A DNA stretch of 64,000 bases from an uncultured Gemmatimonadales bacterium. GTDB taxonomy: Bacteria > Gemmatimonadota > Gemmatimonadetes > Gemmatimonadales > Gemmatimonadaceae. The stretch covers positions 384,001-448,000 of the forward strand of contig CAVPQB010000003.1 of the NCBI GenBank assembly GCA_963707505.1. Reading direction: 5' to 3'. Made by a program: the position numbers and the translations under genes. The notes beneath the pieces are model-generated. The model was not told the origin of the DNA and did no database searches. It saw only the letters and a program-made list of their open reading frames with translations. This document shows, one piece after another, positions 20,907-31,826 of the stretch (positions are counted from its first letter, which is position 1; each line of letters begins with the position of its first letter).

Positions 20907-21083
20907 CGTACAAAGGTAAGTATGCCGTCCAGAGGCCGCGTCCGCGCAGCACTCGTCGCTACACTCTCCGCCCTGGGCTACTACGCGGGTGTGGCCCGCC
21001 AGTGGCGTCATGCTCGGCCTGATGCGCTAGAGCCGACGGCGCGACACGCGCGATTCGAAGGTGCGAGCGGCGCTCGATCAGAG

Positions 21084-22259
21084 CTAGGTTCTGAGCCGCG
21101 TCTTGAACGCTTCCATATCCACGGGGCCGCCCTGCGCGAGCAGCACCCCTCCGTCCGGCACCGGCACGCGAAGCACGAGCTTTCGATCGCGACCACCCCT
21201 GCGGAAGCCTTTACCCTCGTAGATCCGGTTGATGAGAATCCGTCGCACCACCACCATCACCATCGCGAGAGTTGGCAGTGCAACGACGAGTCCGAGGGGG
21301 CCGAGCAGGCTCCCAACGACGAGCACCGCCATGATCGTGAGCACCGGCGGTAGCTCGACTTGCTTGGACATTACGAGTGGCGAGACGAGATTGCCCTCGA
21401 TGAGGTGCACTATCACGCCCACGCCAAGCACCAGCAACGCGCGCGTTCCGCCATTGGGACCGGTGAGGACAAAAGCAGCCGGCAACGTCGTGCTGAGCAG
21501 TGAGCCGAAGAACGGAACTATTGCGACCATTCCCGTGAACACGCCGAACGTGAGCCAGTACGGCACGTTCAGCAGCCACAGAAAGAACGCGGTGAGAATC
21601 GCGAGCACAGTCATCGTTGTCAGCTGCCCGACGATGTAGGCACGCAGCGAGCCGGCAATATCGCGAAGAATGTCGCGCACGAGATCGCGATGTCGCGGCG
21701 GAAATAGCGCGATGAGCCATTCGCGATACACACCGGGTTGCAGCGCGAGATAGATGCTCATCACGAATACCGAGAACACGTCGATCAAGATTCCGACGAT
21801 GGAGAACACGCGAGAGAACATTCCCTGCGCGTAGCTCGACATCTGATCGTACAGTGCACGCAAGACCTGATGCTGGCCGGTCTTCCAGTAACCACTCATG
21901 CCGGGAAGACTGACCACGAATCGATCGAACGACGCCTCCCAGCTCGTGATGTAGGTCGGAAGCACATCCACGAGCTCGCGAGTCTGCCCTACAACGGCTG
22001 GCACCAGAAGCCAGAACAGACCGACGACGACCGCAATCGTGAGCAGCACGCTCGCGGTGAATGCGACACGTGCCGGCACCTGCGCGCGCGATACGAGTGC
22101 ATCGCGCACCGCGCCCAGGTACAACGAGAGAATGATGGCGATGAAGAGCAGCAGAAACACATCCACCGTTCTCTGGAACATCCAGAGAAGGAGGATGAGG
22201 AGAGTGACCGCCGTTATCGTTCCCGCGGCCTTTCCTCCACCCACCGCGATGGGGCTCAA
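21084..22259 (-). CDS. AI-2E (UPF0118) family membrane transporter
   Basis: Multi-TM protein; IVPFFG, IEGNLVSPLVM, GPLGLVVALP. Confidence 0.85.
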   Translation of the reverse strand: MSPIAVGGGKAAGTITAVTLLILLLWMFQRTVDVFLLLFIAIILSLYLGAVRDALVSRAQVPARVAFTASVLLTIAVVVGLFWLLVPAVVGQTRELVDVLPTYITSWEASFDRFVVSLPGMSGYWKTGQHQVLRALYDQMSSYAQGMFSRVFSIVGILIDVFSVFVMSIYLALQPGVYREWLIALFPPRHRDLVRDILRDIAGSLRAYIVGQLTTMTVLAILTAFFLWLLNVPYWLTFGVFTGMVAIVPFFGSLLSTTLPAAFVLTGPNGGTRALLVLGVGVIVHLIEGNLVSPLVMSKQVELPPVLTIMAVLVVGSLLGPLGLVVALPTLAMVMVVVRRILINRIYEGKGFRRGGRDRKLVLRVPVPDGGVLLAQGGPVDMEAFKTRLRT

Positions 22260-23047
22260 GTTTCCGGCTTGTTCTCGCTGGCATCCGGTGCGGGGAGTCC
22301 GCGCGCCGGATCTGAGGCTACTTCACCCGGCGCCAGCTGCCGCGACTGCGGTGCCTGCCCGGAACCAACCAATCCCATCTTCTGCTTGAGCTGCGACAGC
22401 TGCAGATCCGCGGTCGCATCTCCGGCAGACGACTCGAGCTGCTTGAACTGATTGCTGAGCGCGTCGCCCGAGAATTCCTGATCGATCTCGACACTTGCGC
22501 GAATCTGTCGCTCGTTCTGCTCGATCTTCTCTTCCATGCGCGCGAACGCATCGAACGCCGACTTGTCGGACATCGAAGACATCGTTTCCGAGATGCGCTT
22601 CTGCGCCTCGGCACGACGCTGCCGTGCGAGCAGCAGCGTCTTCTTGCGGTTTGCTTCCTCGATGTTGTCGTTCAGATCACGAAGCGAATTCTTGAGGCGA
22701 TCTGTTTCCTGCTTGTGCGCTTCCCACGTCATCTGCATCTGCTGGCCGCGCGAGACGTGCTCGTTCCTGCGCATGAGTGCCTGCTTGGCGAGCTCGTCGC
22801 GCCCTTCCTTGACGGCGAGCATGGCGCGTCGCTCCCATTCCTCAGCCTCGCGCAGCTCGCCCATCGTCTGGTCTTCGAGGCGCTTCTCATCGGCGATCGC
22901 GGCGGCGACCTGCTGCTTGGCCCGCACGAGCTGTGTCCGCATGTCGGCGATGATCTGCGTCAACATCTTGTCCGGCTGCTCTACGGCCGAGATCGCGGCG
23001 TTCACGTTTGCGCGAAAGAGCCGCGCTATGCTTTCAAAGATGCCCAT
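22256..23047 (-). CDS. pspA: PspA/IM30 family protein
   Basis: MGIFESIARLFRANVN, coiled coil, AFARMEEKI. Confidence 0.92.
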   Translation of the reverse strand: MGIFESIARLFRANVNAAISAVEQPDKMLTQIIADMRTQLVRAKQQVAAAIADEKRLEDQTMGELREAEEWERRAMLAVKEGRDELAKQALMRRNEHVSRGQQMQMTWEAHKQETDRLKNSLRDLNDNIEEANRKKTLLLARQRRAEAQKRISETMSSMSDKSAFDAFARMEEKIEQNERQIRASVEIDQEFSGDALSNQFKQLESSAGDATADLQLSQLKQKMGLVGSGQAPQSRQLAPGEVASDPARGLPAPDASENKPET

Positions 23048-23382
23048 GCGGACAGAGTTGGTCGGAGTTCGTGGAGCCGGTGGTCGTCACGTACCAGGCC
23101 AGTTCAGGCCGGGCCCGTGCTGTCCATGCTGTCTATATACTAGCGCCGGCCACCAGATAAAAGAATAAACAAATACCGATAAGTGGGCGCCCTGGCGCTT
23201 TAGCCGCGGAAACATCGGTTCGGTCGAACCCGTCTACTGTTCGGCGGACACGGCTTCGCCAATCGCCACGGCACCGTCCGCGGCGTTGCGCACATCTGGG
23301 AAATGTAGGCCAAGTCGTTGAATGACAACGTGTTGACGAGAAATGGCGTGCCGATGATTCCGGTCCGGCATGGGCGCTCCCG

Positions 23383-23853
23383 TCATCTGCCAGCGGGACG
23401 AACCATCTCCGTATGCGGGATATCGTCCTCGTCGTACTCGTACCCGGTCGAGACGAACCCCATCTGCTCGTAAAAGCGAAGCAGATACCTCTGGGCCCCG
23501 ATCCGTATCGCAACGGGTCCGTACATGGTCTCGACGCGCGCGATTCCTTCCCGTACCAGTGCGCGTCCAAGTCCGGTTCCTCGCACACATGACGCGGTAG
23601 TGATCCGCCCCAGCGAGGGCTCCGCGTACTTGATGCCAGGCGGAACTACGCGCAGATAGGCAGCGATCTCGCCATTCGCACCACGTGTCCATAGATGGTG
23701 CGATACGCGATCCGCGCCATCGGAATCCTGATACGCACAGTTCTGCTCGACGATGAAGATTGCAGTTCGGAGTGCGACTATGTCGTACAGATCGTCCGGC
23801 GCGAGCTCACTGAAGTGCGCCCACTGCCAGACCGGGGCCGGTCGTGGAGTCAC
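23383..23853 (-). CDS. GNAT acetyltransferase, ElaA-like
   Basis: FIVEQNCAYQD, RGTGLG, EDDIPH. Confidence 0.88.
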   Translation of the reverse strand: MTPRPAPVWQWAHFSELAPDDLYDIVALRTAIFIVEQNCAYQDSDGADRVSHHLWTRGANGEIAAYLRVVPPGIKYAEPSLGRITTASCVRGTGLGRALVREGIARVETMYGPVAIRIGAQRYLLRFYEQMGFVSTGYEYDEDDIPHTEMVRPAGR

Positions 23854-23856
23854 AAA

Positions 23857-24735
23857 CTACGCTCGCTTGATCTGGTACAGCCTCTCTTTGGCGAGGCGGC
23901 GCCCTGTTGGCGTCGCGGCGAGGCCACCACCCGCCGTCTCGCGGTAACGCACGTCCATCTCGCGACCGATCTGCCCCATCACGTCGATCACCTCATCCAC
24001 CGGAATGGCGAACTCGATTCCCGCGAGAGCCATCTCGATCGCTGCCAGCGCTATCGCCGAGCCTGTAGCATTCCGGAATACACATGGCAGCTCAACCAGA
24101 CCGCCAAGTGGATCGCAGATGAGGCCGAGAGTGCTCTGCATCGCAAGCGCCGTTGCGTGGCCAGCCTGGCGCGGCGATCCGCCCAGCATCTCGGTAGCTG
24201 CACCCGCGGCCATTCCAGCAGCCGCGCCCGTCTCAGCCTGACATCCGCCTTCTGCGCCTGACAGCGATGCGCGCTCGGCGATCACTGCGCCGATGAGGCC
24301 GGCAGTTGCAAGTGCATCGACGAGTTTCTCATCGGAAATACCGCGCGCGCTGGCGATACCGGTGAGTACTGCGGGTAGAACGCCGGCACCGCCCGCGGTC
24401 GGTGCAGCGACGATTACGCCCATGGCCGCATTCACTTCCTGAACTGCCAGCGCACGTATGAGGATGTCGTGGAACGGCGTCGCGGCCAGCGGTCCCGCGG
24501 TGCTGTTGACGAGCTTCGCGGCATCGCCACCAACGAGCCCGGAGTTGGAGCGCATTGCGCCGGTCATTCCGGCGTCGACTGCGCCCCGCATCACATTGAG
24601 TGCGCGCGCAAGCGAGCCGCGGATGTCTGCAACGCTGCGTCCCTGATCCTGCGATTCCAGGTCGAGTGCCACAGCTGTGAGCGTGGTGCCGCGGGCTTCT
24701 GCGTCGCTTATGGCCTCAGCGAGTGATCTGTACAT
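23857..24735 (-). CDS. sdaAA: Fe-S L-serine dehydratase, alpha subunit
   Basis: APTAGGAG, SGAEGGCQAE, LICDP..GLVELPC, RETAGGGLA. Confidence 0.95.
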   Translation of the reverse strand: MYRSLAEAISDAEARGTTLTAVALDLESQDQGRSVADIRGSLARALNVMRGAVDAGMTGAMRSNSGLVGGDAAKLVNSTAGPLAATPFHDILIRALAVQEVNAAMGVIVAAPTAGGAGVLPAVLTGIASARGISDEKLVDALATAGLIGAVIAERASLSGAEGGCQAETGAAAGMAAGAATEMLGGSPRQAGHATALAMQSTLGLICDPLGGLVELPCVFRNATGSAIALAAIEMALAGIEFAIPVDEVIDVMGQIGREMDVRYRETAGGGLAATPTGRRLAKERLYQIKRA

Positions 24736-24744
24736 TCGACTTCC

Positions 24745-25416
24745 TCAGCCGCCGGAGACTCGGTCCAGCCGCATTGCCCAGCGAACCCACGCGAGCTCGC
24801 GGATCTCGTCGCGAACGTCCTCGCCTGGATTGTCATCGCACTCGATCACGATGAATGCGTCACCGCCACGCTGTTTGCGCGTGAGCTTGAGCGTCGCGAT
24901 GTTGATGTCGTGATTGGACAGAATGTGCGTGACGCGCGCGATGGATCCCTTCACATCGGCAGCAAGTATCACGATGCTGTAAAAGTTGCCGCTGATATCG
25001 ACCGGATAGCCATCGATTTCCGTGACGAGCACGCGACCAGCGCCGAGCGATGATCCGACCATAACGGCGCGGCGCGGCCCCCGCGCAACAGTGATGCGCA
25101 CCGTGTTCGGATGCGATTCCTCGCTGATCGTCGTCTTCTCGAAGCTGTATTCGAGCCCTTCGCCGTCGGCGATTTCCAGCGCGGTCCTGATTCGCTCGTC
25201 ATCCGGCCGAAAACCAAGCAGGCCTGCGACGAGCGCCTTGTCGGTGCCATGCCCTTCGCCGGTACGCGCAAACGATCCGTGCAGCTCCAGCAGGGCCGTC
25301 TGCGGCGTGCCACCAACGAGGCCACGCGCCAGCAACCCGAGCCGGCATGCACCCGCCGTGTGCGATGACGACGGTCCCACCATTACGGGACCGATGATAT
25401 CGAGCAGAGAGACCAT
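24745..25416 (-). CDS. sdaAB: L-serine dehydratase, beta subunit (ACT domain)
   Basis: IGPVMVGPSSSHTAGA, GHGTD, HPNT. Confidence 0.95.
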   Translation of the reverse strand: MVSLLDIIGPVMVGPSSSHTAGACRLGLLARGLVGGTPQTALLELHGSFARTGEGHGTDKALVAGLLGFRPDDERIRTALEIADGEGLEYSFEKTTISEESHPNTVRITVARGPRRAVMVGSSLGAGRVLVTEIDGYPVDISGNFYSIVILAADVKGSIARVTHILSNHDINIATLKLTRKQRGGDAFIVIECDDNPGEDVRDEIRELAWVRWAMRLDRVSGG

Positions 25417-28259
25417 CAGCCCGCCTTGCGCCTGGACATTGCTGGAAGCATGTGGCGAAGATACTGCCCCGTGTGCGATGCTGCCACGCGCGCGACCTGT
25501 TCGGGTGTTCCGCTCGCCACTATCGTCCCGCCTTTCAATCCGCCCTCGGGCCCAAGATCGATGATGTAGTCAGCGGTCTTGATCACGTCGAGATTGTGCT
25601 CGATCACTAGGACCGTATTGCCACGATCCACGAGCGTGTGCAGCACCTTGAGCAGCATGCGCACGTCCTCGAAGTGCAGGCCGGTGGTCGGCTCGTCGAG
25701 AATGTAGAACGTGCGCCCCGTGTCCCGCTTGGACAGCTCGGACGCAAGCTTGACGCGCTGCGCCTCTCCGCCCGAAAGCGTGGTCGCGCTCTGCCCGAGG
25801 TGGATGTAACCCAATCCGACTTCATTGAGCGTAACGAGCTTGTTGTGAATGCGCGGCTGGTTCACGAATACTTCCGTCGCGTCTTCGACCGTCAGCTCCA
25901 GAACGTCGGCGATGCTCAGCCCGCGAAAGCGAACCTCGAGTGTTTCGCGGTTGTATCGCTTGCCCTTGCAGACGTCGCAGGGCACGTACACGTCCGGCAA
26001 AAAGTGCATCTCTATTTTCACGAGGCCGTCGCCTTCGCACGCTTCACAGCGACCGCCCTTCACGTTGAACGAGAAGCGGCCCGGACCATATCCGCGTATC
26101 TTCGCCTCCGGCAGCTCGGCGAAGAGCTCGCGCACTGGCGTGAACAGTCCGACATACGTGGCAGGATTGGACCTCGGCGTGCGCCCAATCGGACTCTGGT
26201 CGATGTCGATGACCTTGTCGATGTGCTCCAGTCCGGTGATGCGCTTGTGTTTTCCCGGAATGACGCGCGCACGATAGAAGTGACGCGCGAGCGAGCTGTG
26301 AAGTATGTCTTCGACGAGCGTCGATTTGCCGGAACCGGACACACCCGTCACCGCAACAAAATTGCCGAGCGGAATCTCCGCCGTTACGTCGCGCAGATTG
26401 TGCTCGGTCGCACCTTCGATGCACAACATCCGGTCGGCATCCTGCGGACGGCGCTTTTCGGGAACGGCAATCACCGAATCGCCGCGCAGGTAACGCCCAG
26501 TCACCGAAGCGCGATCGTTGGTTACGTGCTCCACCGTTCCCTCGGCAATTACAAACCCACCATGCTTTCCTGCGCCCGGTCCGAGGTCGATCAGGTGATC
26601 CGCAGCGCGCATCGTCTCCTCGTCGTGCTCGACGACGATGACGGTGTTGCCGAGATCCCGCAGCTGTCGCAGTGTCGCGAGCAGGCGAGCGTTGTCGCGC
26701 TGATGCAGACCGATCGACGGCTCGTCCAGTATGTACAGCACGCCAACCAGTCGCGAGCCGATCTGTGTCGCGAGGCGAATGCGCTGCGCCTCGCCGCCGG
26801 ACAACGATTCCGCCGCGCGCCCAAGTGTCAGATAATCCAGACCTACGTCAACCAGAAAGCGCAGTCGCTCGCGTACTTCCTTGAGGATCGGTCCGGCGAT
26901 ATCGGCGTCGAGCCCCGGTTGCGTTCCCGAACGAACCTTGACGTCAGTGAAGAAGTGAACAGCTTCGCCAACGGATAGCTCCACCACGTCGCCGATGTTG
27001 ACGCCAGCGATCGTCACCGCGAGCGACTCGGGCTTGAGCCGTCGTCCACCGCACGCGGTGCACGGCAGCGCAGTCATGAACTGCTCGAGATCGAGGCGCA
27101 CCGAATCCGACTCCGTCTCGTCGTAACGGCGCTGCACGTTGGAGATGATCCCTTCCCACTTGATGTCGGCAGAACGCGGACCGCCGCGGCGGCCGCCCGA
27201 TCCGTAAAGAAGTGCGTCGCGCGTCTTCTGCGGCAGCTCGCCCCACGGCGTATCGAGATTGAACTTGAGCTCGCGCGCGAGTCCGGGAAGGATGGTGCGC
27301 CGCAGATACCCGTCAGGCTCACCCCACGGGAGAACCACGCCTTCGGGAATGGTCAGACTACCGTCGCCAAGTATGAGATCCTCACTCACCTCGCGACGAG
27401 TGCCGAGCCCACCGCACTTGGGGCACGCACCGAAGGGCGAATTGAATGAGAACTGGCGCGGCTCGAGCTCAGTGAGCGACGTTCCGCAATCGGGACATCC
27501 AAATTTCTCGGAAAACAGATTCGACGAATCGTCGTCGTGCCGTTTCACTTCGACCAGACCGTCGGACAGCTTGAGTGCAGTCTCCACCGAATCCGCCAGG
27601 CGTCCGCGGTCGTCGCGATTGACGACCACGCGGTCGACGACAATGGCGACGCTGTGATTCAGCTTCTTGTTGAGCTTGGGTGGCGACGCAAGCTCGATGA
27701 GATCGCCATCGACGACGGCGCGCACGAATCCCTGTCGGCGTGCACTCTCGAACAGCTCACGAAACTCGCCCTTTCGCTCGCGCACGAGCGGCGCGAGAAT
27801 CTCGATTCGCGTGTCCCTGGGCCACTGCAGGATGGTGTCCGCGATCTGTGCCGCGCTCTGACGCTCCACGGCGCGACCGCACGTGGGACAGTGCGGCGTA
27901 CCAGCGCGGGCGTAAAGCAGACGCAGGTAATCGTAAATTTCCGTTACGGTCCCGACGGTAGACCGCGGATTGTGACCCGCCGTCTTCTGCTGGATCGATA
28001 TCGCCGGTGACAGTCCTTCGATTGAATCGACATCGGGCTTTTCCATCAACCCAAGGAACTGGCGTGCGTACGCGGATAGCGACTCCACGTACCGCCGCTG
28101 ACCCTCGGCGTATATGGTATCGAAGGCCAGTGACGACTTGCCGGAGCCCGACAGGCCGGTGATCACCGTCAGCTTGTCGCGCGGGATGGTAACATTGACG
28201 TCGCGGAGATTGTGCTCGCGAGCGCCTCGAACTATCAGTGCCTCTTCTGCCATAGCCAT
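25416..28259 (-). CDS. uvrA: Excinuclease ABC subunit A
   Basis: Two Walker A motifs ([16 protein letters not shown]), two LSGGEAQR, Zn fingers. Confidence 0.98.
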   Translation of the reverse strand: MAMAEEALIVRGAREHNLRDVNVTIPRDKLTVITGLSGSGKSSLAFDTIYAEGQRRYVESLSAYARQFLGLMEKPDVDSIEGLSPAISIQQKTAGHNPRSTVGTVTEIYDYLRLLYARAGTPHCPTCGRAVERQSAAQIADTILQWPRDTRIEILAPLVRERKGEFRELFESARRQGFVRAVVDGDLIELASPPKLNKKLNHSVAIVVDRVVVNRDDRGRLADSVETALKLSDGLVEVKRHDDDSSNLFSEKFGCPDCGTSLTELEPRQFSFNSPFGACPKCGGLGTRREVSEDLILGDGSLTIPEGVVLPWGEPDGYLRRTILPGLARELKFNLDTPWGELPQKTRDALLYGSGGRRGGPRSADIKWEGIISNVQRRYDETESDSVRLDLEQFMTALPCTACGGRRLKPESLAVTIAGVNIGDVVELSVGEAVHFFTDVKVRSGTQPGLDADIAGPILKEVRERLRFLVDVGLDYLTLGRAAESLSGGEAQRIRLATQIGSRLVGVLYILDEPSIGLHQRDNARLLATLRQLRDLGNTVIVVEHDEETMRAADHLIDLGPGAGKHGGFVIAEGTVEHVTNDRASVTGRYLRGDSVIAVPEKRRPQDADRMLCIEGATEHNLRDVTAEIPLGNFVAVTGVSGSGKSTLVEDILHSSLARHFYRARVIPGKHKRITGLEHIDKVIDIDQSPIGRTPRSNPATYVGLFTPVRELFAELPEAKIRGYGPGRFSFNVKGGRCEACEGDGLVKIEMHFLPDVYVPCDVCKGKRYNRETLEVRFRGLSIADVLELTVEDATEVFVNQPRIHNKLVTLNEVGLGYIHLGQSATTLSGGEAQRVKLASELSKRDTGRTFYILDEPTTGLHFEDVRMLLKVLHTLVDRGNTVLVIEHNLDVIKTADYIIDLGPEGGLKGGTIVASGTPEQVARVAASHTGQYLRHMLPAMSRRKAG

Positions 28260-28293
28260 CTAAACCTAACGGACTTACGGTGTAAATTCGGGT

Positions 28294-28629
28294 ATGCCAC
28301 ACTCCGACGCAGTAGTGGTCCTGACGACGGTCGGGACGGAGGACGATGCCGCAACCCTCATCCGGGCCCTTCTCGAGCGGCGCCTGGTCGCCTGCGGGAC
28401 GATGCTCCCAAAGGCACGCTCCATCTACCGGTGGGACAACAAGGTTGCCGACGAGACCGAGGTGGTCCTGATGCTCAAGACCAGATCGGCCTGCCTGGAC
28501 GCGCTTCAGGCGTCCTTCGAGACACTCCACCCATACAAGCTGCCCGAGCTGCTGGTTCTTCCGGTTGCCGCCGGCCTGCCGAAGTACCTCAGCTGGATCG
28601 CCGACGAGACCGGTCTCTCGATCGCGTGA
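28294..28629 (+). CDS. cutA: Divalent-cation tolerance protein CutA
   Basis: RLVAC, SIYRW, HPYKLPE. Confidence 0.92.
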   Translation: MPHSDAVVVLTTVGTEDDAATLIRALLERRLVACGTMLPKARSIYRWDNKVADETEVVLMLKTRSACLDALQASFETLHPYKLPELLVLPVAAGLPKYLSWIADETGLSIA

Positions 28630-29390
28630 AAGTGAATCTGGACCGCCGGTTCCTCGGCGTGGCGGTTCTTGTCTGCTGGGCGATCGGGCTAGCCTGGCTA
28701 GTCAGACGCCGCCACGACGTCTCCGACGCAGATCGCCTGGCGCAGGGGGTGCTCCGGCTCGAGCCGGCGACCTACTTCTACACGATCGATCAGGCCGGTG
28801 CGCCGATCGGCTGGGCCAGCTCCTCGCTCGATACCACCGCAAGCGGCTTCACGGCGCGTGGAGCGGTGCGGCTGCGGGCGCTCATCGCCGGTGACAGCCA
28901 ATCGGTAATCGCCTCGTCCACCGCTCACCTCACTCGCGCATTCGCGCTCGATACGTTTGCGCTCTCCGTAAGCGGTGACGAGCATCCGTTTCAGCTGCGA
29001 GAGGTACCTCCGGCAGGCTCAGGCGTTCTTCTTCCTTCCCTCGCCCCAATCGCGATAATGCTCACTCGGGCGCCGCGCATCGGGGCGTCAACGGTAACCC
29101 ACATCTACAATCCGCTCAGCCGGCGCGTCGAGACCGTGACGCTCAGCATCGCTGCAGAGTCCTTATTCAGCGTGGTGGATAGCGCCGTATTCGACACTGC
29201 ACGAAAGAAGTGGGTAGCCGCTCACATCGACACCGTACGCTCGTGGCAGCTCGTACCGCCGTCACGCGCGATTTCCGCCTGGGTGGACTCACGTGGGAGG
29301 CTCGTTGCGGCGAGCGAGCCGGGCGGACTGTCGATGACGCGCAGTACCTACGAGATCGCCACGCTCAACCCGAAGCTCCCGAAACCTTGA
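28626..29390 (+). CDS. Hypothetical membrane-anchored protein
   Basis: GTG start overlapping the cutA stop; N-terminal TM; stop overlaps the ABC ATPase start. Confidence 0.7.
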   Translation: MKVNLDRRFLGVAVLVCWAIGLAWLVRRRHDVSDADRLAQGVLRLEPATYFYTIDQAGAPIGWASSSLDTTASGFTARGAVRLRALIAGDSQSVIASSTAHLTRAFALDTFALSVSGDEHPFQLREVPPAGSGVLLPSLAPIAIMLTRAPRIGASTVTHIYNPLSRRVETVTLSIAAESLFSVVDSAVFDTARKKWVAAHIDTVRSWQLVPPSRAISAWVDSRGRLVAASEPGGLSMTRSTYEIATLNPKLPKP

Positions 29391-30142
29391 TCCAGCTTGC
29401 AGGTCTCACGAAGCGTTACGGCGACTTCACAGCTGTAGCAGGAATGGATCTCTCGGTGCGACGAGGCGAATTGTTCGGCCTCCTCGGCCCGAATGGCGCA
29501 GGCAAGACCACGACGCTGCGCATGATCGCCGGCATTCTTCAGCCTACCGCTGGAACGATCGCGATTGGCGGTGTCAGTCTCGCTGGCGATCCTGTCGCGG
29601 CAAAATCCAGGATGGGCTTTATCCCCGATCGCCCATTCATCTACGAAAAGCTCACGGGCACGGAATTCCTGCGCTTCGTCGCCGGTCTTTACGGTCAGGG
29701 CGGAGAGGAAATCGACCGGCGCGGCGAGGAGTTACTTGCGCTCTTCGATCTCGTCGATTGGAAGGATGAGCTGGTCGAAAGCTACAGCCACGGCATGCGC
29801 CAGAAGCTCATCATCGCCAGTGCATTTGTTCACCGTCCGGAAGTCATAGTCGTCGACGAGCCCATGGTCGGGCTCGATCCAAAAGCGGCCCGTCTGCTCA
29901 AGGACCTGTTTCGCGCCTACGTCGATCGTGGCAACACGATAGTCATGTCGACGCACACGCTCGAAGTCGCGGAGACGTTGTGCGACCGGATCGCGATAGT
30001 CCAGAACGGAAAGATCGCAGCGATGGGAACGATGACGGAGCTTCGCACCGATACCGGCTACGACTCCGGACTGGAAGACATCTTCCTGCGCCTGACCGGT
30101 GAGAAGGCAGCGCGTACCGCGCTCGAAGTTCTGTCGGTCTGA
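29387..30142 (+). CDS. ABC transporter ATP-binding protein
   Basis: GPNGAGKTT, YSHGMRQK, VDEP. Confidence 0.95.
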   Translation: MIQLAGLTKRYGDFTAVAGMDLSVRRGELFGLLGPNGAGKTTTLRMIAGILQPTAGTIAIGGVSLAGDPVAAKSRMGFIPDRPFIYEKLTGTEFLRFVAGLYGQGGEEIDRRGEELLALFDLVDWKDELVESYSHGMRQKLIIASAFVHRPEVIVVDEPMVGLDPKAARLLKDLFRAYVDRGNTIVMSTHTLEVAETLCDRIAIVQNGKIAAMGTMTELRTDTGYDSGLEDIFLRLTGEKAARTALEVLSV

Positions 30143-30152
30143 CAGCAGCATC

Positions 30153-31826
30153 ATGGTCCGCCAGCTTCTGCACGTCCTGTCTCCAAAAGTGCAATCACTT
30201 CGCGCCGTTGCGCGACGTGGATCGCGCGGGCGCGGCGCGCGAATTGTTCTCTTATCGCTCGTTGGTGCAGTGTTCTGGCTCTGCGTGTTCGGTGTCACTT
30301 ACCGGCTGCTGACGTACTTCAGGAACGTTCCCGAGATCGGCACCCTGCTCGCGGCAAAGTTGCTCGGCCTGGTGCTCGTTAGCTTTCTCGGTCTTCTGTT
30401 GTTGTCCAACGTGATCACCGCGCTGTCCACCTTCTTTCTCGCGCGCGATCTGGACCTGCTTGTTGGAACGCCAGTTGACTGGCTGTCCGTCTATGGCGCG
30501 AAACTGATCGAGACGCTGGTGAACTCGAGCTGGATGGTCGTGTTGATGGCGTTCCCCATCTTCACCGCATATGGAATCGCCTACAACGGAGGTTGGTGGT
30601 ATCCGCTCGTTGCGATAGCAGCAGTAATTCCCTTTCTGATAATACCTGCTGCCATCGGCGCGGCGGTCACGCTCCTGCTCGTCAACATTTTTCCCGCGCG
30701 TCGCACGCGCGACATTCTCAGCGTGATCACGGTGCTCGCCGCTGGTGGTGTCATACTCGCATTCAGATTGCTGCGCCCCGAACGACTCGCCCGACCGGAG
30801 GGCTTTCGCTCGCTCGTCGATTTCCTCGCCGTTCTGCGCACGCCAACGTCACCGTGGCTCCCGAGTGACTGGGTTCAGACAGGGGTGCTCGGCTGGTTGC
30901 GCTACGAGCCGGATGCGCTGCCGTTCTATCTATTGTGGTCGACCGCTGCGGCGCTTGTGGTGATAGGTGCGATACTGCACCGCACGCTCTACGCCGCAGG
31001 ATTCAGCAAGTCACAGGAAGGAAGCGGTAGAACGGCCGCACGTGCCCACGCAAAGTCGCGCACGCTGCTGCACATACTTCCCGCGACGCGTCGGGAGCTT
31101 GTGCTCAAGGAACTGCGCGTGTTCTTCCGCGATACGACGCAGTGGTCGCAGCTGATCCTGCTGGTCGTGCTCGTCATCGTGTACGTGTTCAACATTCGCT
31201 TTCTTCCATTACGCGGCGACGGAATAACCTTCTTCCTCGCCAACATCGTTCCATTCCTGAACCTCGTGCTTGCGGGGTTCGTGCTCGCCTCGATCGCTGC
31301 ACGGTTCATCTTTCCGTCGGTGAGCCTGGAAGGACGCACCTGGTGGCTGCTCAAGGCCAGTCCGCTCTCGATGCGCGACCTGCTGTGGGCGAAGTTCTGG
31401 GTGGGTACGATGCCGCTTCTCGCGTTGGCGCTCGCGATCGTCTTCACGACCGACGTGTTGCTCGAGGTGAGCGAGTTCATGACCGCGGTATCGATCGGTA
31501 CGATCACGCTGCTCACCTTCGCAATATCCGGCCTCGCGATCGGAGCCGGAACCATCTTCCCGCAGTTCGAGACTGAGAATGCGGCTCAGATTCCTACATC
31601 GTTCGGCGGTCTCATATTCATGATGACCGCCATTTCGCTCATCGGTGCCGTGATCGTGCTTGAAGCGCGACCGGTATACACCTATCTCCTTGCGCGCTCG
31701 TTCGGGAGTCCGATCGACCCGACCGAGATGATAATCGCCTTCGCAGCCGCGGCAGCGCTTTGCCTGACGGCGACGCTTGCACCGATACACCTTGCCGTGC
31801 GGCGGTTGACCGCACTGGAGCTATAG
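30153..31826 (+). CDS. ABC-2-like exporter permease
   Basis: Multi-TM; KELRVFFRD and SLEGRTWWLLK motifs; follows the ATPase. Confidence 0.85.
   Translation: MVRQLLHVLSPKVQSLRAVARRGSRGRGARIVLLSLVGAVFWLCVFGVTYRLLTYFRNVPEIGTLLAAKLLGLVLVSFLGLLLLSNVITALSTFFLARDLDLLVGTPVDWLSVYGAKLIETLVNSSWMVVLMAFPIFTAYGIAYNGGWWYPLVAIAAVIPFLIIPAAIGAAVTLLLVNIFPARRTRDILSVITVLAAGGVILAFRLLRPERLARPEGFRSLVDFLAVLRTPTSPWLPSDWVQTGVLGWLRYEPDALPFYLLWSTAAALVVIGAILHRTLYAAGFSKSQEGSGRTAARAHAKSRTLLHILPATRRELVLKELRVFFRDTTQWSQLILLVVLVIVYVFNIRFLPLRGDGITFFLANIVPFLNLVLAGFVLASIAARFIFPSVSLEGRTWWLLKASPLSMRDLLWAKFWVGTMPLLALALAIVFTTDVLLEVSEFMTAVSIGTITLLTFAISGLAIGAGTIFPQFETENAAQIPTSFGGLIFMMTAISLIGAVIVLEARPVYTYLLARSFGSPIDPTEMIIAFAAAAALCLTATLAPIHLAVRRLTALEL

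Noticed and set aside
23234..23386. 50-codon minus-strand ORF overlapping the GNAT stop
   Set aside because: No recognisable features or RBS; cannot support it as coding
29387..31826. ABC pair as ccmAB
   Set aside because: Permease is far larger than CcmB and lies on the opposite strand in a separate operon
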